Below, piece by piece: positions 1 through 8,611 of a stretch of DNA of 64,000 nucleotides (position 1 is the first letter of the stretch; each line of letters starts with the position of its first letter). The notes below the pieces were generated by a model. The model was not told the DNA's origin, did not search any database, and was given only the letters and a program-made list of their open reading frames with translations. Origin of the DNA: an uncultured delta proteobacterium (lineage in GTDB: Bacteria; Desulfobacterota; Binatia; Binatales; Binataceae); assembly GCA_963794325.1 (NCBI GenBank), contig CAWCDG010000007.1, positions 224,001 through 288,000 of the forward strand, given 5' to 3'. The position numbers and the translations under genes are program-made.

Positions 1-2
1 AA

Positions 3-752
3 TTCGCCTTCGTGCTCTATCGCCCTCAATCCGCCGGCAATATCGGCGCGGTGGCGCGGGCGCTCAAGAATATGGGGTTCGACGATCTTCGCCTGGTCGG
101 ACGCGGTCCATTGAACGATCGCGACGCGGTCAAGATGGCGGTGCATGCCGACGACATCCTCGCCAGCGCGACGGTCTATCCTAATCTCGCCGATGCGCTT
201 GCGGATTGCTCTCTTGCGGTCGGCACCACCAGCCGCCGCGGCGGTTATCGCAGCCGCGCGACTCCGCTCCGCGCTGCGGCAGCGGAATTCGACCGGCTGG
301 CAAGCGCGAACAAAATCGCGATCGTCTTTGGCCGCGAAGATCGCGGGCTGACTAATCGCGAACTCAAACTGTGCCATCGCCTGGTCACGATTCCCACCGC
401 GCCCGAGTATCCATCGCTCAACCTCGCGCAGGCGGTGATGGTCGTCGCATACGAGCTCATGATGGCCGCAAATCCGGCAGGTGAATCCGCCCGCCCGCCC
501 GAGTTCGTTGCCGCGTTAGTGAGCGATCCGATGCTCGAGCGGCTGGGCGAGGCGTTGGTCTCGATCGGTTTTATTCCCAACGACAACCCGGACCATATCA
601 TGCTCGCGATCCGCGAGATCTTCGGACGCAGCGGCTTGACCTCGCGCGAGGTCGAGATTCTCAACGGGATGGCGCGGCAGATGCGATGGGTTGCCGAAGG
701 GGGGCATCGCACAATTGCGGAGAAGCGCCGCGCGGGCAGGAAACTGCGATAA
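3..752 (+). CDS. trmJ: TrmJ/LasT-family SPOUT RNA methyltransferase (5' end probably outside window)
   Basis: PQSAGNIGAVARALKNMG, VGTTSR, FGREDRGL and YPSLNLAQAV motifs; frame is open to the window edge. Confidence 0.85.
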   Translation, partial: FAFVLYRPQSAGNIGAVARALKNMGFDDLRLVGRGPLNDRDAVKMAVHADDILASATVYPNLADALADCSLAVGTTSRRGGYRSRATPLRAAAAEFDRLASANKIAIVFGREDRGLTNRELKLCHRLVTIPTAPEYPSLNLAQAVMVVAYELMMAANPAGESARPPEFVAALVSDPMLERLGEALVSIGFIPNDNPDHIMLAIREIFGRSGLTSREVEILNGMARQMRWVAEGGHRTIAEKRRAGRKLR

Positions 753-807
753 CGGTTTCCACACGCGATGCCGATACGCGATAATCGCGTGAAGACGTGA
801 ACAGAGA

Positions 808-1074
808 ATGGCCGAGATAATCGATTTTGCGGAGATCCAGAAGGCGCGGCGAAAAGCTCGCGCGCGCATCCCCGAGCGCGAAAACCTCGAGCGCGCGGTG
901 CAATTGATGCGTGAGAATCTCGCGGCAGTTGCCGCGGAGCTTGCCGACGCGCCGCGCGAACAGCAGGCCGAATTGTTGACGCGAGTCGAACGGCTGGCCG
1001 CGATGATTCGCTACGGAATGCGAATGCTCGGCGATTTGGTTCCCTCGCCCCACGAGGGGAGAGGGTTAGGGTGA
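808..1074 (+). CDS. hypothetical 88-aa helical protein
   Basis: MAEIIDF start, typical codon usage; last codons and stop lie inside a REP-like hairpin. Confidence 0.6.
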   Translation: MAEIIDFAEIQKARRKARARIPERENLERAVQLMRENLAAVAAELADAPREQQAELLTRVERLAAMIRYGMRMLGDLVPSPHEGRGLG

Positions 1075-1203
1075 GGGACGATTGTGCGGAGCCGTTGTCT
1101 GTTGCGCCGCACATTAGGAATCTCGGAAAATTTGGTCCCCCACCCAACGTTCAGAAGTGGCAAGAAACCTAACCCCTAACCCCTTCCCTCGAGGGAAGGG
1201 GAA
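1041..1203. repeat. inverted pair of REP-like hairpin elements (REPIN-like)
   Basis: tccctcgccccacgaggggagagggttagggtgaggg (1041-1077) and the opposite-orientation aacctaacccctaaccccttccc-tcga-gggaagggg (1166-1201). Confidence 0.75.
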
Positions 1204-1258
1204 TAATCGCGTTTAGAGTTCAACCGCGGTTGGCGTTCGCTAGAGCTCGAATTCAACG

Positions 1259-1909
1259 ATGGACGAGGGAGTAACTCTCAGAATTACCGGCGTTGAGCCG
1301 GGGGACGAGATCGCGGGGGCGCGCAAGGTCACTATCAACACGACGCGCGGCGCGATTCCGCTCGTGCTGCATTCCGCGGCGGAGAAGGGGCGCGCCGTTT
1401 TGTGCGTCAGCGGCGCGATCGGCGGATTCGACGGTCCCTCGATGCTCTATCCGCGGCTGGGGCTGGAGATGCCCAAGCGCGGACTCACGATCGCACGGCT
1501 CGATTATCGCGCGCCCAACGAGTTCGGCGAATGCCTGGTTGATGCGATGGCGGCGTTGACGTTCCTCGGCGGCATCGGGAATCAGCGAGTCGCGTTGATT
1601 GGGCATTCGTTCGGCGGCGCGGTCGCTATCAATGCGGGCACGCTGAGTCCGATTGTCACGACCGTGATTGCGCTGTCAAGCCAGCTCGCTGGCGCGCATG
1701 TCGCAGGCGAGCTGGCGCCCAAGCCATTGCTGCTGATTCACGGCAGCGCGGACACGATTCTCTCCCATGAAAGTTCGCAGGCGCTTTACGATCGCGCGGG
1801 CGAGCCGAAGACGATCAAGATTTTGCCAGGTGTGGGGCACGGATTAGCGGAGTCGCGAGACGAAGTATTCGCGCTAGTCAGCGACTGGCTGTTGCAGCAA
1901 CTACACTGA
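1259..1909 (+). CDS. alpha/beta hydrolase
   Basis: GHSFGG nucleophile elbow, LLIHGSADTI Asp, GVGHGL His. Confidence 0.85.
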   Translation: MDEGVTLRITGVEPGDEIAGARKVTINTTRGAIPLVLHSAAEKGRAVLCVSGAIGGFDGPSMLYPRLGLEMPKRGLTIARLDYRAPNEFGECLVDAMAALTFLGGIGNQRVALIGHSFGGAVAINAGTLSPIVTTVIALSSQLAGAHVAGELAPKPLLLIHGSADTILSHESSQALYDRAGEPKTIKILPGVGHGLAESRDEVFALVSDWLLQQLH

Positions 1910-1917
1910 TTTCTGAT

Positions 1918-2080
1918 TCCCTCCCCCATTGTGGGGGGAGGGTTAGGGTGGGGGACAATATGGCGCGCGATTGTCTGTTGCGCGCCATGCTCCTTTCGCA
2001 ATGAGGAAATTCAGAAGCTAAGGTCCCCCACCCGCCGCTCGCGGACGAGCGTCGGCCTCCACCCACGAACGGGGGAGGCG
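1918..2080. repeat. REP-like hairpin pair
   Basis: ttccctcccccattgtgggggagggttagggtgggg at about 1918-1954 and an inverted degenerate partner at about 2024-2080. Confidence 0.6.
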
Positions 2081-2095
2081 AGGAGTAGGAAATGC

Positions 2096-2125
2096 TTCAC
2101 TCCAGTAGGTGCGTCGCGATACAAT
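2096..2125 (+). promoter_or_regulatory. candidate sigma70 promoter giving a leaderless asd mRNA
   Basis: TTCACT-N18-TACAAT ending 6 nt before ATG 2132; no SD visible. Confidence 0.5.
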
Positions 2126-2131
2126 CGCCCG

Positions 2132-3136
2132 ATGGCTAATGGACAACGAATTGCGTTGATTGGTGCGACGGGAGCCGTCGGCCAGACCACGCTGAAAATC
2201 CTCGAGCAGCGGAACTTTCCGGTTCGCGAGCTGCGCGCCTACGCGTCGGCGCGGTCGGCGGGCAAGACCGTCACGTTCGCCGGCGAGTCGATACCGGTTG
2301 AGAAACTGGACGCCAACTCGTTCAAGGGAATCGATATCGTCCTGTTCTCGGCGGGATCCGAGCAATCGCGCGAGTTCGCGCCGATCGCGGTCAAGGCCGG
2401 CGCTGTCGTAATCGACAAGTCGAATGCGTTTCGAATGGACCCCGACGTGCCGCTGGTGGTGCCCGAGATCAACTCCGCCGCCGCTAGAAATCATAAGGGT
2501 ATTCTCGCATGCCCGAACTGCACGACAATCATCACCGTGATGCCGCTGAAACCGCTGCATGACCTTGGGCGGCTGAAGCGAGTCGTCGCGACCAGCTTCC
2601 AGGCCGTGTCGGGTGCGGGCGTGAACGGCGTTGCTGAGCTGACCGAGCAGACGATGGCGTGGTCGAAGGACGAGCCAATCAAGGCGAAGTATTTTCAGCA
2701 TCAGATTGCCTTCAACCTCATTCCGCATATCGACAAATTCGTCGAGGGCGGGTACACCGGCGAGGAAATCAAGCTGGTCAACGAAATTCGCAAGATCCTC
2801 GACCAGCCCGACTTGCTTATTTCGCCGACCACGGTGAGGGTGCCGGTCTTCACCGCGCATTCGATTTCCATCAACGCCGAAACCGAGACGAAGATCGCGG
2901 CGGCCGACGCGCGCGAGGCGTTCGCGAATTTCCCGGGAATCCGGCTCTACGACGATCCCGCGCAGAATCGCTATCCGATGCCGATCATCGTCGAGGGCCA
3001 GGACGATTGCTTCGTCGGCCGAATCCGCGAGGACCTGAGCTGTCCCAACGCGCTGAACTTCTGGGTGGTGGGCGACCAGTTGCGCAAGGGCGCCGCGCTC
3101 AACGGCGTCCAGATTGCGGAACTGCTGATCGGCTAG
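2132..3136 (+). CDS. asd: aspartate-semialdehyde dehydrogenase
   Basis: GATGAVG, VPLVVPEIN, PNCTT catalytic Cys, QAVSGAG, DQLRKGAALN; start moved to ATG 2132. Confidence 0.95.
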   Translation: MANGQRIALIGATGAVGQTTLKILEQRNFPVRELRAYASARSAGKTVTFAGESIPVEKLDANSFKGIDIVLFSAGSEQSREFAPIAVKAGAVVIDKSNAFRMDPDVPLVVPEINSAAARNHKGILACPNCTTIITVMPLKPLHDLGRLKRVVATSFQAVSGAGVNGVAELTEQTMAWSKDEPIKAKYFQHQIAFNLIPHIDKFVEGGYTGEEIKLVNEIRKILDQPDLLISPTTVRVPVFTAHSISINAETETKIAAADAREAFANFPGIRLYDDPAQNRYPMPIIVEGQDDCFVGRIREDLSCPNALNFWVVGDQLRKGAALNGVQIAELLIG

Positions 3137-3162
3137 CGCGCGATCTCAAAGATCGCCGCCCG

Positions 3163-4536
3163 TCACGGCATCGGGATGGCCGTGCTGACCGGATTCCACT
3201 GCGTGGCGCCGGTCGGACTTCCACCCAGTACGGGCGCTGACAGATCGACGCGAACCAGGAACAGCGGCGGCTGCGGATCATGATCGTTGGCCCACGAATG
3301 ATAGTACGGATCCGTGTCCGCCAGCATGTAGGCCAGATTATTATTCACATCGACTGACAACGTGTTCGGATCGCCGACAATACCCAGTTGGGTCGGCGTG
3401 CCGCTGACGTCTCCCATTGGAATCAGCCCGGCGCAAATCGTAAAGACCGACGCTGCGTCCGGTTGGGTGCCGCTTCCCGGCTGTCCATTGTTGTCGAGCG
3501 CACCTGGCACGCTCGTGGCCGGCAGATGAATCATTTTCAGATTCTGGCCGAATTCGTCGCTGATAACCCCCTGATGGGTGGCTGCGTTGACGACCGTCTG
3601 TCCGCCCGGCCCTTCGCCAGTCGGTGGGAGAACTCCAAGTCCGTTGAATCCGATGCTCAGTGCAGTCGCCGGCGTCACGGCGGTATCCAGCGTTCCGAAG
3701 TTGAACGCGTTGCCGTGGTCCTCGCCGACCTCATCGGATTGCAACAGGATGTTGGTCGTGGGATCGAATCCGACTCCGTCCGCTATAGACTCGGTGCCTT
3801 CGAAGGATTGCACGACCAGCGGAAGCGTCCCGATATTCGTTATCTCGTTCGTTCCGTCAGTCGAGATGAACAAAATGCCGGTCGTTGGGTTCAGCGAGAT
3901 CGAATCGGTACCGGCCACCGAGACCACCGATGCGGCGTTGAAGACCGGCGGTTCCACCGACGTATCCATCAGACCGATCGTTGAGGTTCCGGCCACCACC
4001 AGCAGGTTACGCACGGGATCGGCAATCACTCCGCCGAAGCGGTTCGAGTTGGTGATCCCAGGGCAGGGAATTGTGTTGATGATCGCCTGGGTCGTCGTGT
4101 TGATCTCAAAGATGCTGACTGAGCCGTCAGCGAGGGTTCCTTCCGCATACACGCGGCCGTTCTTCTGATTGAAGGCTCCTCCGGTCGGCACCACCACGTT
4201 CGACAGTTCGAGAAGCTTGATGACCGGATTGGCCGCACCGATCGCCAGGTTGACAACCGCCAACTGCGAACTACCGGGAACCGCGGCAGGATTGATCCGC
4301 GCTCCTCCTCCGCCGCTGAGCGTATAGATCGGCACGTAACCGACATTGTTCGCCGTGTCGATCGCGATAAGACCCTGACCCGTGGCGCTGCTCGGCGGCG
4401 GTGTCGGGGTAGCAGTAGGTCGGTGCTTGGTAGTAGTCGAACAAGACGCGCAGGGATCGCATCCCGCTGTGTAGAGTGACATCCCCGCAATCCCGATTAA
4501 CAAACAGACAACCAGCCCCGCCCATCGAGAGGTCAT
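3163..4536 (-). CDS. secreted/lipoprotein, beta-propeller-like (YncE-like repeats)
   Basis: MTSRWAGLVV...TAGC lipobox-like signal, Pro/Thr linker, repeated GxAxDPxxN blades; SD AGGAG before ATG 4536. Confidence 0.6.
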   Translation of the reverse strand: MTSRWAGLVVCLLIGIAGMSLYTAGCDPCASCSTTTKHRPTATPTPPPSSATGQGLIAIDTANNVGYVPIYTLSGGGGARINPAAVPGSSQLAVVNLAIGAANPVIKLLELSNVVVPTGGAFNQKNGRVYAEGTLADGSVSIFEINTTTQAIINTIPCPGITNSNRFGGVIADPVRNLLVVAGTSTIGLMDTSVEPPVFNAASVVSVAGTDSISLNPTTGILFISTDGTNEITNIGTLPLVVQSFEGTESIADGVGFDPTTNILLQSDEVGEDHGNAFNFGTLDTAVTPATALSIGFNGLGVLPPTGEGPGGQTVVNAATHQGVISDEFGQNLKMIHLPATSVPGALDNNGQPGSGTQPDAASVFTICAGLIPMGDVSGTPTQLGIVGDPNTLSVDVNNNLAYMLADTDPYYHSWANDHDPQPPLFLVRVDLSAPVLGGSPTGATQWNPVSTAIPMP

Positions 4537-4691
4537 AGTCGATCTCCTACTGCTTTGTCGCAAAATCCGCAGTACGGCTCTGCGAGATTCGATTTCCCAC
4601 CCGGAACTCCCCCAAAACTGGGGCGACCATAGACAAATGCACGCGCAGTAGCAAGCGAATTCTACATTCGCCTGACCGATTGGTTTGTCGA

Positions 4692-4721
4692 TTGACAACG
4701 CACGCGCTCGCATATTACGCT
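4692..4721 (+). promoter_or_regulatory. sigma70-type promoter of the riboswitch operon
   Basis: TTGACA-N18-TACGCT about 20 nt upstream of the SAM-I aptamer. Confidence 0.6.
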
Positions 4722-4743
4722 TAGCCAACTGCAAACGATTGCA

Positions 4744-4863
4744 GCCTTATCGAGAGCGGCGGAGGGACATGGCCCGCTGATGCCGCAGCAACCGGCCCGC
4801 GATGGGTGCTGGTGCTAACTCCTGCAGGGAACCTCCGCGTGAGAGTCCCCTGGAAGATAAGGC
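4744..4863 (+). ncRNA. SAM-I (S-box) riboswitch
   Basis: P1 gccttatc/gataaggc; conserved GAGAG..GGCGGAGGGA..GGCCC..TGA..CC..GCAACC, GGTGCTAACTCCTGCAG..CTGGAAGATAAG; upstream of sulfur amino-acid genes. Confidence 0.95.
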
Positions 4864-4965
4864 GAGAGTATTAAGCCCTCGTCTCACCGTCCTCGCAGGA
4901 TTTGTCACCGACCACATCGGCCCTGACCGCGTTGCACTCTCGACCGGCGGGAGAATCGCGAGGAA

Positions 4966-5700
4966 GTGGGAAACGATCGAATACTGATTGTTGGCGTCGG
5001 AGGACTTGGCGTCCCCGCATTATGGTCGCTGGCGCGGGCCGGCGCGCAACGCCTGACGCTCGTCGATCCCGACCCGGTCGAAGTTTCGAATCTCGCGCGC
5101 CAGGTGATCTATCACGGTCGCGATATCGGCGCGCCGAAGGTTGAAGCTGCGGCTCGATGGCTCGGCGAGCGGTTCCCAGCCGTTCACGTCGAGACGCGTC
5201 CGGTTGCGCTCGACGAATCCAACGCGGCGTGTCTGGTCGCGGAACACGATTTTGTAATCGACGCGACGGACAGTCCAGTCGCGAAATTTCTCATCAACGA
5301 CACGTGTATCGCGGCGCGGACGTCGTTCGTTTATGGCGGCGTAGTCGGGATGACCGGGCAGGCGATGACGGTGATTCCCACCGCGACGGCTTGCATCCGA
5401 TGCGTGTTCGAGGCTCCGCCTGATGAAAGCGAAATCCAGAGTTGCCGCGAGGCGGGAATCGTCGGTCCGGTCGCGGGCGCGATTGGCGAGATGCAGGCGG
5501 GCGAGGCGATGTGCGCCTTGCGCGCGCAAAGACCGTTACTCTCAGGAAAAATTCTCACATACGACGCGTCCCGGGTAAGCCGGGTGCGTATTACGTCGGT
5601 TAGCCCGCGCCAGGGATGCGACTGCGGCGCGTGGAAACAGAAACGCGAGCATCACGAAATCGCGAGCGGCGGGCAAGTAACAGAATCGAGGACACGATGA
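4966..5700 (+). CDS. ThiF/MoeB-family E1-like adenylyltransferase lacking the N-terminal RYxRQ arm
   Basis: GVGGLG, VDPD, SNLARQ, GAPKV, IDATD, CIRC, SCREAG, GCDC; in-frame TGA at 4924-4926 excludes an upstream arm. Confidence 0.9.
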   Translation: MGNDRILIVGVGGLGVPALWSLARAGAQRLTLVDPDPVEVSNLARQVIYHGRDIGAPKVEAAARWLGERFPAVHVETRPVALDESNAACLVAEHDFVIDATDSPVAKFLINDTCIAARTSFVYGGVVGMTGQAMTVIPTATACIRCVFEAPPDESEIQSCREAGIVGPVAGAIGEMQAGEAMCALRAQRPLLSGKILTYDASRVSRVRITSVSPRQGCDCGAWKQKREHHEIASGGQVTESRTR

Positions 5701-6965
5701 GCTACATCACAAATCTGAAATGTCGCGAGTGCGGCCAGGAGTATCCGATAAGTCCGCTCCACGTCTGCGAGACCTGCTTCGGTCCGCTCGAAGTGACCTA
5801 CGACTACGCGCGCATTCGCGCGGCGATCTCGCGCTCGATAATCGAGAAACGTCCGCACAATCTGTGGCGCTATCGCGAATTGCTGCCGGTCGATTTCAAC
5901 GAGAACGATGTCGTCGGCCCGAACTCCGGCTTCACTCCGCTTCTGCATTGCAAACGCCTTGGCGCGGAACTCGGCCTCAAGCATCTCTATATAAAAGACG
6001 ACACCGTCAACCATCCGACCCTGTCGTACAAGGACCGCGTCGTGTCGGTGTCGATTACCAAGGCGCGCGAGTTCGGCTTCACCACCGTGTCGTGCGCAAG
6101 CACCGGCAACCTGGCGACGGCGGTCGCGGCACACGCGGCGCGCGCGGGCCTGCAATGCTACATCTTCATGCCCACTGGCGTGGAGGCGGGAAAAGTCGTC
6201 GGCTCGACGATTTACGGCGCCAAGGTGATAACGATTCGCGGCAACTACGACGACGTCAACCGGCTCTGCAGCGAAATCGCGGACAAGTACGGGTGGGCCT
6301 TCGTCAATATCAACCTGCGGCCGTTCTATACCGAAGGCGCGAAGACTTTCGGCTTCGAAGTCGCGGAGCAGCTCGGCTGGCGCCTGCCGGATCATATCGT
6401 TGTACCGACTGCGGGCGGGACGATTCTGCCGAAGATCGCGAAAGCATTTAAGGAGATGAAAGAAGTCGGGTTGATCAAGACCGGCGAGTTCAAAATTCAT
6501 TCCGCGCAGGCCGCCGGCTCCGCGCCCGTAATTCACGCGCTGCACAAGCATACCGACCTGATAACGCCGGTGAAGCCCGACACCATCGCGAAGTCGATCG
6601 CGATCGGAAATCCCGCCGACGGCTTCTACGTGCTCAAGGCGGTGCGTGATTCCGGCGGATGGGGCGACGTCGCCACCGACCCGGAAATCATCGATGCGAT
6701 CAAGCTGCTCGCGCGCACCGAGGGAATCTTCGCCGAGCCCGCCGGCGGCACCACGCTCGCGGTTGCGCTCAAGCTCGTCAAGCAGGGGCGCATCAAGCCC
6801 GACGAAACCGTGGTCGTGTCGATCACCGGCAACGGCTACAAAACACTCGAAGCGGTAGCGAGCGCGATCGAGCAGCCGTCAATAATCGACGCGCGCCTGA
6901 AAGATTTCGACGCGTTGTTCGATCGGCTAACCAATGGAAAACGCACCGCCGACAGCGCCGCATAG
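5697..6965 (+). CDS. threonine-synthase-family PLP enzyme (possible MetM-type homocysteine synthase)
   Basis: N-terminal CxxC..CxxC, PTLSYKDR, CASTGN, FAEPAGG, ITGNGYK; ATGA overlap with upstream gene. Confidence 0.85.
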   Translation: MSYITNLKCRECGQEYPISPLHVCETCFGPLEVTYDYARIRAAISRSIIEKRPHNLWRYRELLPVDFNENDVVGPNSGFTPLLHCKRLGAELGLKHLYIKDDTVNHPTLSYKDRVVSVSITKAREFGFTTVSCASTGNLATAVAAHAARAGLQCYIFMPTGVEAGKVVGSTIYGAKVITIRGNYDDVNRLCSEIADKYGWAFVNINLRPFYTEGAKTFGFEVAEQLGWRLPDHIVVPTAGGTILPKIAKAFKEMKEVGLIKTGEFKIHSAQAAGSAPVIHALHKHTDLITPVKPDTIAKSIAIGNPADGFYVLKAVRDSGGWGDVATDPEIIDAIKLLARTEGIFAEPAGGTTLAVALKLVKQGRIKPDETVVVSITGNGYKTLEAVASAIEQPSIIDARLKDFDALFDRLTNGKRTADSAA

Positions 6966-7035
6966 GCTCTGCGGTTGTCTCGGCTACGAGGCGAGCATAG
7001 TTCTAAAAGTTCAAACAGGAGGTTAGTCCCCCATC

Positions 7036-7314
7036 ATGGCAGTACGCGTCAGAGTTCCAACCCCACTTCGCAGGTTTACTGCCGGCGTCGATGAAGTCCC
7101 GGCCGACGGTGCGTCGATCAAGGCGGTGATCGAAGATCTCGAACGGCGTCATCCCGGGATGCGCGAGCGGCTGCTCGATGAAAAAGGCGACATCCGCCGC
7201 TTCGTAAATATTTATCTCAACGGCGACGACGTCCGCTTTCTCGATGCGATCAACTCCAAGGTAAAGGATGGCGACGACATCTCAATCGTTCCCGCGATTG
7301 CCGGCGGACGCTGA
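7036..7314 (+). CDS. MoaD/ThiS/CysO-family sulfur carrier protein ending in GG-R
   Basis: VRVPTPLR, RRFVNIYLNGDDVRF, SIVPAIAGGR; SD AGGAGG. Confidence 0.92.
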   Translation: MAVRVRVPTPLRRFTAGVDEVPADGASIKAVIEDLERRHPGMRERLLDEKGDIRRFVNIYLNGDDVRFLDAINSKVKDGDDISIVPAIAGGR

Positions 7315-7333
7315 CCTCGGCGCGCCGGTCGAC

Positions 7334-8341
7334 GTGCATGAGCGCGTCGTGCCGCTTCGTGAGGTCGTTCCGGTCGGGCGCGCGAATAACGTGCTCGATC
7401 TCGTCGGCAACACCCCGCTGCTCGAAATAAAGCGGCTCACCGCGGGACTGATTCCCGCGGGCGTGCGGATTTTCGCCAAGCTCGAGGGCTTCAACCCCGG
7501 CGGCTCGGTGAAGGATCGGCCGGCGAAGAAAATGCTCGAGGTCGGAATCGCGCAAGGCAAGCTGAAACCCGGCAAAGTGATCCTCGATTCGACGTCGGGC
7601 AACACCGGAATCGCGCTGGCGATGCTCGGCGCGACGCTCGGCTATCCGGTCGAGCTGGTGATGCCGTCGAACGTGAGCCGCGAGCGCAAGAAAATCGTCG
7701 AAGCTTACGGCGCGAAGATTCATTTCTCCGATCCGATGGAAGGATCCGACGGCGCGATCGTCATGTGCCGCAAACTGCTTGGGCAGAATCCCGATCGCTA
7801 CTTCAAGCCCGACCAGTACAACAACGAGGCCAACTCGATTGCGCATTTCGAGACCACCGGCCCGGAAATCTGGCGTCAGACGCGCGGCGAGGTGACGCAT
7901 TTCGTAGCCGCGATCGGCACCGGCGGCACCATCATGGGCACCGGCAGATTCCTGAAGTCGAAGAGTCGCGCAATCAAGGTGATCGCGGTCGAGCCTGACG
8001 ACGCGATGCACGGACTCGAGGGCCTCAAGCACATGGCGAGCTCGATCGTCCCGGGCATCTATCACGAAAAAGATCTCGACGACAAAATTCAGGTCGGCAC
8101 CGAGGAGGCGTACGAAATGGTGTACGCGCTCGGGCAGACCGAAGGTATCCTGGTCGGCCAATCGTCGGGGGCTGCGATAATCGCGGCTCTCAAGCTGGCG
8201 CGCTCGATTCGCGACGGCACCATCGTCACGATATTCGCCGACTTCGGCGACAAGTATCTCTCGACGAATTTGTGGATCGGATGGCAGGAATGGCGTCCCG
8301 AGCGCCTGCAACAAGTTATCGCCAAGTGGCAGAAGAAGTAA
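7334..8341 (+). CDS. cysM: cysteine synthase family (CysM-like) PLP enzyme
   Basis: VGNTPL, KLEGFNPGGSVKDR, STSGNTG, GTGGT, GQSSGA; start uncertain (GTG 7334 or 7349). Confidence 0.85.
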   Translation: MHERVVPLREVVPVGRANNVLDLVGNTPLLEIKRLTAGLIPAGVRIFAKLEGFNPGGSVKDRPAKKMLEVGIAQGKLKPGKVILDSTSGNTGIALAMLGATLGYPVELVMPSNVSRERKKIVEAYGAKIHFSDPMEGSDGAIVMCRKLLGQNPDRYFKPDQYNNEANSIAHFETTGPEIWRQTRGEVTHFVAAIGTGGTIMGTGRFLKSKSRAIKVIAVEPDDAMHGLEGLKHMASSIVPGIYHEKDLDDKIQVGTEEAYEMVYALGQTEGILVGQSSGAAIIAALKLARSIRDGTIVTIFADFGDKYLSTNLWIGWQEWRPERLQQVIAKWQKK

Positions 8342-8349
8342 TCGACAAA

Positions 8350-8595
8350 ATGGAACGTATCCACGAACGCTACTACCTGAGCTATCCGCGCACGCTGATC
8401 AAGGAGCCGATCCTTTATCAGTTGGTGAAGAAGTTCGATCTGGTTTTCAATATTCGCGGCGCCAGCGTGTCCGAGGAGATGGGCCTGGTCGCGGTCGAAT
8501 TCGAAGGCAGCAGTGATCAGATCGAGCGCGCGCTGACCTGGCTGCGCAGCACCGGCGTGACGGTCGAGCCAATCGAAAAGAACGTGATCGAATAG
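8350..8595 (+). CDS. stand-alone NIL-domain protein
   Basis: EPILYQLVKKFDLVFNIRGA..G..VEFEG...AL.WL...GV.VE matches the NIL (MetN C-terminal) pattern. Confidence 0.85.
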   Translation: MERIHERYYLSYPRTLIKEPILYQLVKKFDLVFNIRGASVSEEMGLVAVEFEGSSDQIERALTWLRSTGVTVEPIEKNVIE

Positions 8596-8611
8596 GTCGC
8601 GCGAGCGCGCG

